UHGV virus genome: UHGV-0206538
Strand: one strand, 5' to 3'
Source of the DNA: a virus
Length of the DNA: 36,042 bases
Part shown: one piece after another, positions 16,664 to 24,560 of the stretch
How the letters are laid out: every line of letters starts with the position of its first letter
How positions within the stretch are numbered: position 1 is the stretch's first letter
Notes under the pieces: model-generated
The model's database searches: none
What the model was told of the DNA's origin: nothing
The model's input: only the letters and a program-made list of their open reading frames with translations
Made by a program: the position numbers and the translations under genes

Positions 16664-17202
16664 TGAAATTCACAGGAAAATTAAAAGGCCGTTTGATAGA
16701 TTGCCACACCATCCTATTCAAATCCGAAGAGGACTTCCGACAAGCCTATGATGAGTTGAAAGATTATGAGAAATTAACGCTTGAAATAAAGCCATACAGA
16801 GCAAAGAGAAGCCTTGACGCAAACTCTTACTTGTGGGTGTTACTCGATAAATTAGCGGAAAAGTTGGACATCACCAGGTGGCAAGCGTACCTAAATGAAT
16901 TGAAATCCCACGGTGCTTTTGAGTACATACCGCTCAGGGAAAAAGATATCTATCTGGCACAGTCAGTGTTCCGGATTGTGATAGATCGTGGAGCACAGGA
17001 AGTAAAAGATCTAAAAGGGAGAGCTGAAACATTACACACTCTGCAATGCTACAAAGGGTCAAGCAAGTATAACACCAAGGAAATGAGCAGACTCATCAAA
17101 GGCGTGTTGGAAGATTGCAGAGAGGTTGGAATACCAGATGCAGACCTTTTGACCCCAGATGAAAAAGAAGAGCTTAGACAAAAATGGGGGATTGAACTGT
17201 GA
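16660..17202 (+). CDS. NinB/Orf-family recombination mediator
   Basis: …KRSLDANSYLWVLLDKLAEK… resembles the lambda Orf RSLDQNRKLW motif. Confidence 0.5.
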   Translation: MMKFTGKLKGRLIDCHTILFKSEEDFRQAYDELKDYEKLTLEIKPYRAKRSLDANSYLWVLLDKLAEKLDITRWQAYLNELKSHGAFEYIPLREKDIYLAQSVFRIVIDRGAQEVKDLKGRAETLHTLQCYKGSSKYNTKEMSRLIKGVLEDCREVGIPDADLLTPDEKEELRQKWGIEL

Positions 17203-17579
17203 GTATTGATTACAGTGACATGGCATTCCCAAAGCCGAAGCGAAAGAAAAAGAAAAAAGGTCATCAAAGAGCATCCGGCAGACCAAAGAAGCTGTGGAGC
17301 ATATTTACAGAAGATATGGATCACTGCATGTACACCGGAGTTTACGGAGTGGAGAGGCATCATGTTTTTAGTCACACATCGAAAGAAATTGAACTTTCGG
17401 AGGACTACGGCTTCATTGCCCCGTTGAGACCAGACCTACATCCAAACGGAACGAAAGCGGGGAAGAATGCAGCGAAAGTTGACCGACACTTAAGAAAACG
17501 CTGCAAGGAGTATTATTTGCAGCACTATGGAACAGAAGAGCAGTTCCGACAAGAATTTCACTATGTTAGCAAAGGGTAA
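17199..17579 (+). CDS. Hypothetical protein with a basic N-terminus and a Cys/His-His motif (CMYTGVYGVERHHVF); possible HNH-like nuclease
   Basis: Motif only; no confident family. Confidence 0.3.
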   Translation: MSIDYSDMAFPKPKRKKKKKGHQRASGRPKKLWSIFTEDMDHCMYTGVYGVERHHVFSHTSKEIELSEDYGFIAPLRPDLHPNGTKAGKNAAKVDRHLRKRCKEYYLQHYGTEEQFRQEFHYVSKG

Positions 17580-17689
17580 CCTTTCGCTATAAATTGTAAC
17601 CCGTTCATGGCTGCACAGTACGTCACAAATACCTTAAGTAAGCCAGATTCATTGTCTCCCGGTAATTCCGGGAGCAGAAAGGAGAATAA

Positions 17690-18100
17690 ATGGTAATTAC
17701 AATTCCGGGCAAACCGGTTGGAAAAGCAAGACCGAGATTCCGCAGAGCCGGATTTAAAGTCATTACATATACGCCACCAGAAAATAAAAAGTACGAAAAG
17801 GAAGTTGCAAGGATTTACAAGCAGAGTATAGGCGTGCTTTACACGGACATCCCTCTGAGAGTCCGAATTTTAGCGAAATTTCCGATTCCAGAGAGCTGGT
17901 CTAAGAAGAATAAGGAGAAAGCTTTAAAAGGCGAAATAATGCCAAATAAAAAGCCAGACTTAGATAATATCGCAAAAATCATTTTGGATGGACTGAATGG
18001 AGTCGCATATACGGATGATAAGCAGGTGACCAGTATGGAAATCGAAAAAGTGTATTCTGATGAGCCTTGCGTGGTGGTCTATATTGCGGAGGATGAGTAA
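17690..18100 (+). CDS. rusA: RusA Holliday-junction resolvase
   Basis: GKPVGKARPRF…PESWSKKNKEKALKGEIMPNKKPDLDNIAKIILDGLNGVAYTDDKQV is the canonical RusA pattern. Confidence 0.85.
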   Translation: MVITIPGKPVGKARPRFRRAGFKVITYTPPENKKYEKEVARIYKQSIGVLYTDIPLRVRILAKFPIPESWSKKNKEKALKGEIMPNKKPDLDNIAKIILDGLNGVAYTDDKQVTSMEIEKVYSDEPCVVVYIAEDE

Positions 18101-18927
18101 TGGCAGAAGTGAAGTGGATAAAGATAGCAACGGATATCTTTGATGATGAAAAGATATTGCTGATAGAGGGTTTGCCAGATGCTTATGCAATTATAACAGT
18201 CTGGTTCAAGTTGTTATGTCTTGCCGGGAAGAAAAATAACGGTGGCGTATTCCTGATGAATGACAAGATTCCCTACACAGACAAGATGCTGGCTACAATC
18301 TTTAGAATGAATGAATCTACTGTAAAGTTGGCTTTGAATGCGTTTGAGCAATTCAAAATGATTGAGATAGTGGAGGGAATAATCACGATCCCGAACTGGA
18401 ACAAGCACCAGACATTGGATGCTTATGAACGAAAAAAGGAGCGTGACAGGCTGTACCAAGAGGAAAGAAGAGCCAAACAGAGAGCTTTGATTGAAAAATC
18501 GTCTGACAAGTCGTCTGAAAGAACGTCTTACGTCGCTGTTTCAGATATAGATAAAGAAGAAGATAAAGATATAGATAAAGAAAGAGATATAAGAGGTAAT
18601 AGAGTGGATTATCAGCAAATAGCTGATATGTATAATGCCACTTGCGTGTCATTCCCTCGCTTAACACGATTGTCTGAAAAAAGAAAACGGGCAATTAAAG
18701 CAAGATTAAGAAAATATTCCATTGATGACATTCAGAGAGTATTTGAGATAGCAGAAGAAAGTGACTTCCTAAAAGGCGAAAATAACCGGAATTGGTCAGC
18801 GGACTTTGATTGGATGATGAATGACACGAATATGGCGAAGATTCTGGATGGAAAATATGCAAACCGGAAGAGCACAGCATCGTCGAAAAAAGCAAAAGAT
18901 GAATGGAGCGAATTTTTAAATGAATAA
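18100..18927 (+). CDS. Phage replisome organiser (Phage_rep_org_N) with a conserved phage C-terminal domain (DnaD-like)
   Basis: MAEVKWIKIATDIFDDEKILLIEGLPDAYAIITVWFKLL… N-terminus; C-terminal …RLTRLSEKRKRAIKARLRKYSIDDIQRVFE…. Confidence 0.7.
   Translation: MAEVKWIKIATDIFDDEKILLIEGLPDAYAIITVWFKLLCLAGKKNNGGVFLMNDKIPYTDKMLATIFRMNESTVKLALNAFEQFKMIEIVEGIITIPNWNKHQTLDAYERKKERDRLYQEERRAKQRALIEKSSDKSSERTSYVAVSDIDKEEDKDIDKERDIRGNRVDYQQIADMYNATCVSFPRLTRLSEKRKRAIKARLRKYSIDDIQRVFEIAEESDFLKGENNRNWSADFDWMMNDTNMAKILDGKYANRKSTASSKKAKDEWSEFLNE
18544..18590. repeat. Iteron-like direct repeats GATATAGATAAAGAA (x2, 18544 and 18568) plus further AGATAAAG copies inside the replisome organiser gene; candidate origin of replication
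   Basis: Read directly; they encode an acidic DIDKEEDKDIDKERDI linker. Confidence 0.4.
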
Positions 18928-19252
18928 AAAAGAGTTTGCGACAATCGCAATGGGAATCCGCGGTGCATATCCAAAAGCGCAGATACTGGAGACGACAGAA
19001 GAAAAGGAGCTATGGTACGGAATGCTAAAGGATATGCCGTACATGGAAGTTGCTGGCAATTTAAAGAGACATATACAGCACAGCAAGTTCGTTCCAACCA
19101 TTGCGGAGTTAAGGAATGAGCATCGAAGGATGGATAACAATAATTTTAAGCGCAGGTACTACGATATGGACAATCTGGAAATGCAGTTACTAAATGCGCA
19201 AGAAAGGGCGTTAGAGGTTAAATATGGCACGGGAATTGAAACACAGCTTTAG
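18920..19252 (+). CDS. Hypothetical protein (110 aa)
   Basis: ORF track; overlaps the previous stop. Confidence 0.45.
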   Translation: MNKKEFATIAMGIRGAYPKAQILETTEEKELWYGMLKDMPYMEVAGNLKRHIQHSKFVPTIAELRNEHRRMDNNNFKRRYYDMDNLEMQLLNAQERALEVKYGTGIETQL

Positions 19253-19351
19253 CAGCCACAGAAAACAGTCCGCCGGATTCAAACCGGGCAACATGGCAGC
19301 GTTTATGTACGGCAGCACAAAGCGGAAGAGAAAGAACAGGGTGAGAGGAAA

Positions 19352-19618
19352 ATGAGTAGACAAGCACACTTTCTGGATCCGTACAAGTTCCAGATCGAAG
19401 AGATGGTAAAGCTCGGATGCACGGATGAGCATATCCATAAAGTCTTGCATGACATCCAGAAAATAGAATTCCCGAAAGAAACTCTTATCCGGTACATGGA
19501 TAAGACTGGGATTCGGAAGAGAAGAGCAGCGAAAAGATGGACGCGGAGCAAAGAGGTTGAGTGGGAAGAGCTTTGCAAGCAGTTGCGAGGAAATAAGAAG
19601 AAAATAAACGAAAAATAG
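19352..19618 (+). CDS. Hypothetical protein (88 aa), basic C-terminus; possible small HTH protein
   Basis: ORF track; RBS GAGAGGAAAA. Confidence 0.4.
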   Translation: MSRQAHFLDPYKFQIEEMVKLGCTDEHIHKVLHDIQKIEFPKETLIRYMDKTGIRKRRAAKRWTRSKEVEWEELCKQLRGNKKKINEK

Positions 19619-19668
19619 AAAGGAGCCAGCCTCCGGCCGGGGCAAGGGTATACCGGGCTTCTGAGAAA

Positions 19669-21030
19669 ATGGAAAATTTGATTATAGATTGCTTCGCCGG
19701 AGGAGGTGGAGCGAGTGTAGGAATAGAAATGGCACTTGGAAGACAAGTAGATATTGCGATCAATCACGATCCTGATGCGATTTTGATGCACAAGACAAAC
19801 CATCCGAAAACATTGCATCTAACAGAAGATATCTTCAAGGTGGATTTGAAGAAATATGTGAAAGGAAAGCGAGTTGCTTTAATGTGGGCGAGTCCTGATT
19901 GTACCAGCCACAGTAAGGCGAAAGGTGGGAAGCCGAGGGAAAAAGGACTTCGGATTTTGCCTTGGGCGGTATACAAACACGCAAAAGCAATTCTCCCAGA
20001 TGTGATTATTATGGAAAACGTGGAAGAGATTCAGCAGTGGGGACCTTTGGATGAAAACGGGCATCCGATTAAGGAACGGCGTGGGGAAGATTATGAGAAG
20101 TTCATTACGGCAATGAAGAGTCTTGGGTATATATTCGACTGCCGGGAGCTTATTGCGGCAGACTATGGCGCGCCTACCACGAGAAAGCGCTGGTATGCAA
20201 TTTTCAGGAGAGATGGAAAAGACATCGTGTGGCCAGAAAAGACAAATTTTAAATCCAGAGATCCGAAATGGCAGGAATGCGGGGCATATATCGATTGGTC
20301 TGATTTAGGGAAAACGATATTTGATAGACCGAAACCGTTGGCAGATGCAACGATGAAAAGGATTGCAAATGGAATCAGAAAATATGTAATAGACAATCCA
20401 TCTCCCTATATCGTGAGAAATAAAGATGCTGTTGCATTTATGATTCAGCACCACGGAGAAACAAAAATTGGAGAATCAAGAGGACAGTTGCTGACAGAAC
20501 CAATTAAAACAATCGACACGTCAAACAGGTACGGGCTGGTGACAGCTTTTATTACAAAATTTTATAAAAGTGGAATCGGACAGGGATGCAACGAACCTTT
20601 ACACACAATCACAACATCACCTGGACATTTTGGATTGATATCTGCGTTTTTAATTAAGTATTACGGAACTGGCGGAGGGCAAGAACTTTCAAATCCGCTT
20701 GCAACGATTACTACAAAAGATCGTTTCGGACTGGTAAATGTGATCCTGGATATCAAAGGCGAAAAGTATGTCCTGAAGGATATTTTCCTGAGAATGTTAA
20801 AACCGGAAGAACTTAAATTAATGCAGGGATTTCCGGAGGATTACATTATTGACAGGGATTACAAATACAGGAGATATCCGATCGCAAAACAAGTGGCTAG
20901 AATCGGAAACAGTGTAGTGCCAATCATGGCACAGAAACTGGTAGAAGCAAACTGCCCGTATTTAAAAATCGGGAATAGGGTGCCGAACATAGAAATATAC
21001 GAGGATGAGCAGCAAATTAGGTTTGCGTAG
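19669..21030 (+). CDS. DNA (cytosine-5)-methyltransferase, phage orphan type
   Basis: Motif I DCFAGGGGAS, motif IV-like ASPDCTSHSKA (PC), motif VI IMENVEEI (ENV). C-terminal region with three tandem ~30-aa repeats (FGLV.AF..K.Y…PL.TITT). Confidence 0.8.
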   Translation: MENLIIDCFAGGGGASVGIEMALGRQVDIAINHDPDAILMHKTNHPKTLHLTEDIFKVDLKKYVKGKRVALMWASPDCTSHSKAKGGKPREKGLRILPWAVYKHAKAILPDVIIMENVEEIQQWGPLDENGHPIKERRGEDYEKFITAMKSLGYIFDCRELIAADYGAPTTRKRWYAIFRRDGKDIVWPEKTNFKSRDPKWQECGAYIDWSDLGKTIFDRPKPLADATMKRIANGIRKYVIDNPSPYIVRNKDAVAFMIQHHGETKIGESRGQLLTEPIKTIDTSNRYGLVTAFITKFYKSGIGQGCNEPLHTITTSPGHFGLISAFLIKYYGTGGGQELSNPLATITTKDRFGLVNVILDIKGEKYVLKDIFLRMLKPEELKLMQGFPEDYIIDRDYKYRRYPIAKQVARIGNSVVPIMAQKLVEANCPYLKIGNRVPNIEIYEDEQQIRFA

Positions 21031-21045
21031 TAGGAGGAATGACTA

Positions 21046-21456
21046 ATGCCAAAAACAGAAGAAACATGGATGGACGGGATCACAACGGAAATGATGGAGC
21101 ATATCTGCGACAACCTGTGTAAGTATCCAGGTCAGCTAAGTGAAATGGAACTGGACGATAAATGCGCAGAGTGCAAGATGGGACGGTTTGTGTGCGATAT
21201 TTTGAACCAGTATAACAAGGTGAATGATTTTACAAACAGCCGGTGTGCGAAGCTGTTGGAGCAGATGCATGAGATGAAAGAGCGTGATACGGCGAAGAAA
21301 CCAGAAGAAGTAGACTATGAATTAGGTTATTTCGTTTGCCCAAGCTGCAGAGAGTCAATATGTTTTATTGATGGACATGCAGAAGAGCACGAATGCTGTC
21401 TGAAGTGCGGCCAGAGATTAGATTGGAGCGAGGAATATCATGATGGGAAGATGTAA
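21046..21456 (+). CDS. Cysteine-rich hypothetical protein (multiple CxxC pairs, likely zinc-binding)
   Basis: CDNLC…CAEC…CPSC…CLKC motifs. Confidence 0.45.
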   Translation: MPKTEETWMDGITTEMMEHICDNLCKYPGQLSEMELDDKCAECKMGRFVCDILNQYNKVNDFTNSRCAKLLEQMHEMKERDTAKKPEEVDYELGYFVCPSCRESICFIDGHAEEHECCLKCGQRLDWSEEYHDGKM

Positions 21457-21589
21457 ATTAACAAGTATATGCGGACACGATTATTGCTGCATAGAATGTC
21501 CGGACAACGATATTTGTAATATACAGTGTGCAGATGAGGACATGTATGAGTATTGTGTGGAGTGTCCGGAATATGAGGAGGTGGAATAG
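21440..21589 (+). CDS. Small cysteine-rich ORF (49 aa, MMGRCKLTSICGHDYCCIECPDNDICNIQCADEDMYEYCVECPEYEEVE)
   Basis: RBS GAGGAA. Its end supplies the GGAGGTGGAATAG RBS and stop immediately before ATG 21590. Not in the ORF track. Confidence 0.35.
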   Translation: MMGRCKLTSICGHDYCCIECPDNDICNIQCADEDMYEYCVECPEYEEVE

Positions 21590-22033
21590 ATGAGAGAAGT
21601 TCTTTTCAAAGCAAAGAGAAAAGACAATGGTGAATGGGTGGAAGGGTATGTTGTTGCATATCCTTCTGGAAAAGTGGAAATACACAAAATTAGCAAAGAA
21701 TTACCAGATATATTACTAAAATGCGAGATTGCTCCAAGTACTTTATGCCAGTACACCGGACTTACCGACAAAAACGATAAGAAGATCTGGGAGAATGATA
21801 TTCTCAGATATAGTTATGACTATGATGGAAGTCCGTTTTTAAAAGATGGCGAAGAGATAAAATATCGTGTAGGTGCTGTGTTTTGGAGCGAATGGAGGGG
21901 ATCATGGGCAGTATGTGGACGAGGAAATAAAAAATGCACCAATAACGATGTTTTTAAATATAATCGGAATCCAAATAGAACGGAAGTTATCGGAAACATT
22001 TTTGACAATCCAGAGCTGTTGGAGGTGGAGTGA
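21590..22033 (+). CDS. YopX-family phage protein
   Basis: …QYTGLTDKNDKKIWENDIL… and …EVIGNIFDNPELL are YopX signature blocks. Confidence 0.75.
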   Translation: MREVLFKAKRKDNGEWVEGYVVAYPSGKVEIHKISKELPDILLKCEIAPSTLCQYTGLTDKNDKKIWENDILRYSYDYDGSPFLKDGEEIKYRVGAVFWSEWRGSWAVCGRGNKKCTNNDVFKYNRNPNRTEVIGNIFDNPELLEVE

Positions 22034-22221
22034 TGAACGTATTAGAGAAAATCATAGAAGAAATCGAATCCATGAAAAATGACGCCTACGAAACCTTGAA
22101 GGAAGAAAAGCGAAAACACGGAGCGAGCAAAACAGCGAAAGAGCTGGAAAGCTATATTTATGGGCTGACTTGTGCAGCAGATGTCGTAGAGAAGTATGTG
22201 GATAAGGAGGATACGGAATGA
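22030..22221 (+). CDS. Hypothetical protein (63 aa)
   Basis: The N-terminus MNVLEKIIEE is repeated at the start of the next gene. Confidence 0.4.
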   Translation: MMNVLEKIIEEIESMKNDAYETLKEEKRKHGASKTAKELESYIYGLTCAADVVEKYVDKEDTE

Positions 22222-22688
22222 ACGTACTAGAGAAGATTTTGGAAGAAAAAGAAATTGTAGCGATCAAAGAACTAATAGAAGAAAATGAAAAATGCTTTAA
22301 TCAATGCGAAGGTGCTTGCTTTGACGTGGAAGATGGTATATGCAATTGCGATGATGGCGTGATAGTGCAAGCAATTCGTAAAATGAAGAAGTATTTAGAG
22401 TTGGCCAAGGACACAAATGTCCCTAGTAAAAACGGTTGGATTCCGGTAAGTGAGAAATTGCCGGAAGATGATGATATGAGATTCTATATGTGTATTGTCG
22501 AAAATCACGAAGAGGATTTGCCGATGTTCTGCCAGTATGATGGAGAATATGGATTTGGATTTTGGCATGATATTTACGATTCGGAAAGTTTAGGATTCGT
22601 TGATACGGAGTTTAATACAAATGATGAATTGGGGTATGAAAAGGTTGTAGCATGGCAGCCACTTCCAGAACCATACAAGGAGGAATAA
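22218..22688 (+). CDS. DUF551-domain phage protein with an N-terminal Cys-rich segment
   Basis: C-terminal …NGWIPVSEKLPE…VVAWQPLPEPYKEE matches the DUF551 hallmark. Confidence 0.55.
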   Translation: MNVLEKILEEKEIVAIKELIEENEKCFNQCEGACFDVEDGICNCDDGVIVQAIRKMKKYLELAKDTNVPSKNGWIPVSEKLPEDDDMRFYMCIVENHEEDLPMFCQYDGEYGFGFWHDIYDSESLGFVDTEFNTNDELGYEKVVAWQPLPEPYKEE

Positions 22689-22689
22689 C

Positions 22690-22881
22690 ATGGACATTTT
22701 AATCACAATCGCATTCCTAGCCCTGTATTACATCCTGGGGCTTGGAACAGTGATTGCCCTAAAGACAGGATTGGAAGAGGATGTAAAACTAGAAGGTGCG
22801 GATTACCTGATGGCTGCGGGATTCCCGATACTGCTATTTGTGGTGTTTTTGGATTGGATTGTGCGAAAGATAGTGAGGTAG
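22690..22881 (+). CDS. Small membrane protein (63 aa, two TM helices)
   Basis: Hydrophobic profile; RBS AAGGAGG. Confidence 0.4.
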   Translation: MDILITIAFLALYYILGLGTVIALKTGLEEDVKLEGADYLMAAGFPILLFVVFLDWIVRKIVR

Positions 22882-22886
22882 AAAAT

Positions 22887-23486
22887 ATGAGAAAATTTAA
22901 CTGGGACGAATTTAAAAATAAAGACAATAAGAATGTGGTGCATTGTAAGACTGAGGAAGAAGCGAAAGATTTTTGCAAGAGAATGCATGAGCATGGGATG
23001 AAGTGGAGAGATGGAGAGAGTTATTTAGAATGTACAGAATATGGAAAACATCTCAGTGAAACATGCTATACAGGATATGGTGAGTTCGCAAGTTACGATT
23101 TTTACAAGGAACGCGAATACAAAATTTTAGAATGGAGCGATTACATGAACAAAGAATTTACCAAGGTAGATTTAAAAAGCGGAATGGTGGTCGAATATAA
23201 TGATAACTATTTCGGGAAAAGACTTGTTGTAGGCGGCTTTTTGATTGGCGAAGATGGATATTCGGATTTGGGAGACTATAACGAAAACTTAAAAAATGTG
23301 GCAAGCGGTTTGGAAATAGTTAGGGTATATAAGATTAAATGCATGGAAAAAATTAGCAGTATCATGCATGATGACAACCTCGAACTCATCTGGGAGCGAA
23401 AAAAACTAAAGAAAATGACCGTGGAAGAAATGCGGATGAAGCTGGAAGAGTTGACCGGAGAGGAAATTGAGGTGGTACAGGAATGA
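22887..23486 (+). CDS. Hypothetical protein (about 199 aa; start moved to ATG 22887)
   Basis: ORF track; RBS GTGAGGTAG. Confidence 0.45.
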   Translation: MRKFNWDEFKNKDNKNVVHCKTEEEAKDFCKRMHEHGMKWRDGESYLECTEYGKHLSETCYTGYGEFASYDFYKEREYKILEWSDYMNKEFTKVDLKSGMVVEYNDNYFGKRLVVGGFLIGEDGYSDLGDYNENLKNVASGLEIVRVYKIKCMEKISSIMHDDNLELIWERKKLKKMTVEEMRMKLEELTGEEIEVVQE

Positions 23487-23752
23487 CAAGAGAGAGCATG
23501 AAACGTAGAAAGGAGACAGCAGGAGTTATCCGAAAGATTGAAGCGTACACTATGGCAACGAGGAAGCCCTGTGAAACGGCTTTAAAGCAAAAGGGGCATA
23601 AAGCCTTTGCCTGCGACTTTAAAGGCGGCGAGAGGGCGAATAAGGACGCTGTGGAGTACATAGCAGAGAAATACAACATAAAAGAGCCAATTCCTGGAGG
23701 TGATAGAGTTGGACAAGAAAACACTGAAAAAGTACAAACCAAACAAAGATAG
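23483..23752 (+). CDS. Hypothetical protein (89 aa)
   Basis: ORF track. Confidence 0.4.
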   Translation: MTRESMKRRKETAGVIRKIEAYTMATRKPCETALKQKGHKAFACDFKGGERANKDAVEYIAEKYNIKEPIPGGDRVGQENTEKVQTKQR

Positions 23753-24122
23753 ACTTATCCGGATTGAGAACCAGATACAAGAACTCTGTGAACGAGAGTC
23801 AACTGTGGTCATGGGGAAAGTAACTGGATCCAGCGCAGATTTTCCGTACACCGAAGTGAGAACATCTGTACAAATGTATGATCCTTACGAGGAAGAGAAT
23901 ATAAGACGTCAGATCAGAAGAAAAGAAGCGGACAGGCTGCGGATTCTGAAAGAGCAAAAAGAAGTCGAGGACTACATAAATGGGATTGATGATCCGGAGA
24001 TTAAGGAGATATTCGAGTTGCACTATCTTGAGGGGAAAACCCAGCAAAAAGTCGCAGATGAAATTGGATATACCCAGGCGCGAGTATCGCAGATTATAAG
24101 CGCACAGCTTAAAGATTTATAG
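23700..24122 (+). CDS. Putative late-gene transcriptional activator with a sigma-70 region-4-like HTH (ArpU/RinA-like position). The start may be TTG 23709 (RBS GGAGG 8 nt upstream) rather than GTG 23700.
   Basis: C-terminal …EIFELHYLEGKTQQKVADEIGYTQARVSQIISAQLKDL; last regulatory gene before the packaging module. Confidence 0.45.
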   Translation: MIELDKKTLKKYKPNKDRLIRIENQIQELCERESTVVMGKVTGSSADFPYTEVRTSVQMYDPYEEENIRRQIRRKEADRLRILKEQKEVEDYINGIDDPEIKEIFELHYLEGKTQQKVADEIGYTQARVSQIISAQLKDL

Positions 24123-24200
24123 CATTTATATTTTACTTATGCTATAATTATTCTAGAACGATTGTATATTGTTCTAAAACAATCTTTCCAAACATTCGGA

Positions 24201-24241
24201 ACACCGCCGGACTTTCCCTTTCTCGTCTGGCGGTGTTTTTA
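24201..24241 (+). terminator. Rho-independent terminator closing the early/middle operon
   Basis: ACACCGCCGGAC…GTCTGGCGGTGT stem (one mismatch) followed by TTTTT. Confidence 0.65.
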
Positions 24242-24242
24242 T

Positions 24243-24288
24243 GCCGTGGCAAATGTAGGGCAGACAGGTTCGACTCCTGTACACGGCT
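24243..24288 (+). ncRNA. tRNA-like minihelix: a T-arm (ACAGG-TTCGACT-CCTGT) with a pseudo-acceptor stem (GCCGTGG / ACACGGC) but no D or anticodon arms
   Basis: Read directly. The T-loop has the canonical T-Psi-C-G-A pattern. Only 14 nt separate the 5' acceptor strand from the T-arm. Confidence 0.35.
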
Positions 24289-24487
24289 TTGTGATGTAAG
24301 GTTTGCGGCTTACCAGCTGGGGGTTGCTGTAGGGAGTGCACACCGGCTTTACATCACAAATGGTACCAAAACGCAGATATCCGCAGATCTGCAAAACAAA
24401 CAAAAATAGATTCAGCAATCTATATTTAGTGTAATCAGCGTACCCGAGTGCGGATAGGGTAAAGGATGTCAATAAAAGGCATCCTAC

Positions 24488-24560
24488 GGGTGTATAGCTC
24501 AGTTGGCAGAGCAATCGGCTGTTAACCGATGTGTCGCAGGTTCGAGTCCTGCTATACCCG
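24488..24560 (+). tRNA. tRNA-Asn (anticodon GTT), 73 nt, CCA not encoded
   Basis: Manual fold: acceptor GGGTGTA/TATACCC, D-stem GCTC/GAGC, anticodon stem ATCGG/CCGAT with loop CTGTTAA, T-stem GCAGG/CCTGC with loop TTCGAGT, discriminator G. Confidence 0.85.

Noticed and set aside
19211-19818. 144- and 171-aa minus-strand ORFs
   Set aside because: Antisense to the hypothetical 88-aa gene and to the methyltransferase 5' end; no RBS and implausible composition.
24243-24288. tRNA-like minihelix as the active attP core of a tyrosine integrase
   Set aside because: No tyrosine recombinase gene exists in the window; the only recombinase is a large serine type, which does not normally use tRNA 3' ends. 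Kept as a structural observation only.
24239-24514. 91-aa minus-strand ORF
   Set aside because: Overlaps the tRNA-Asn gene and the structured non-coding region; Cys/Pro-rich nonsense composition typical of an antisense reading of a GC-rich RNA gene.
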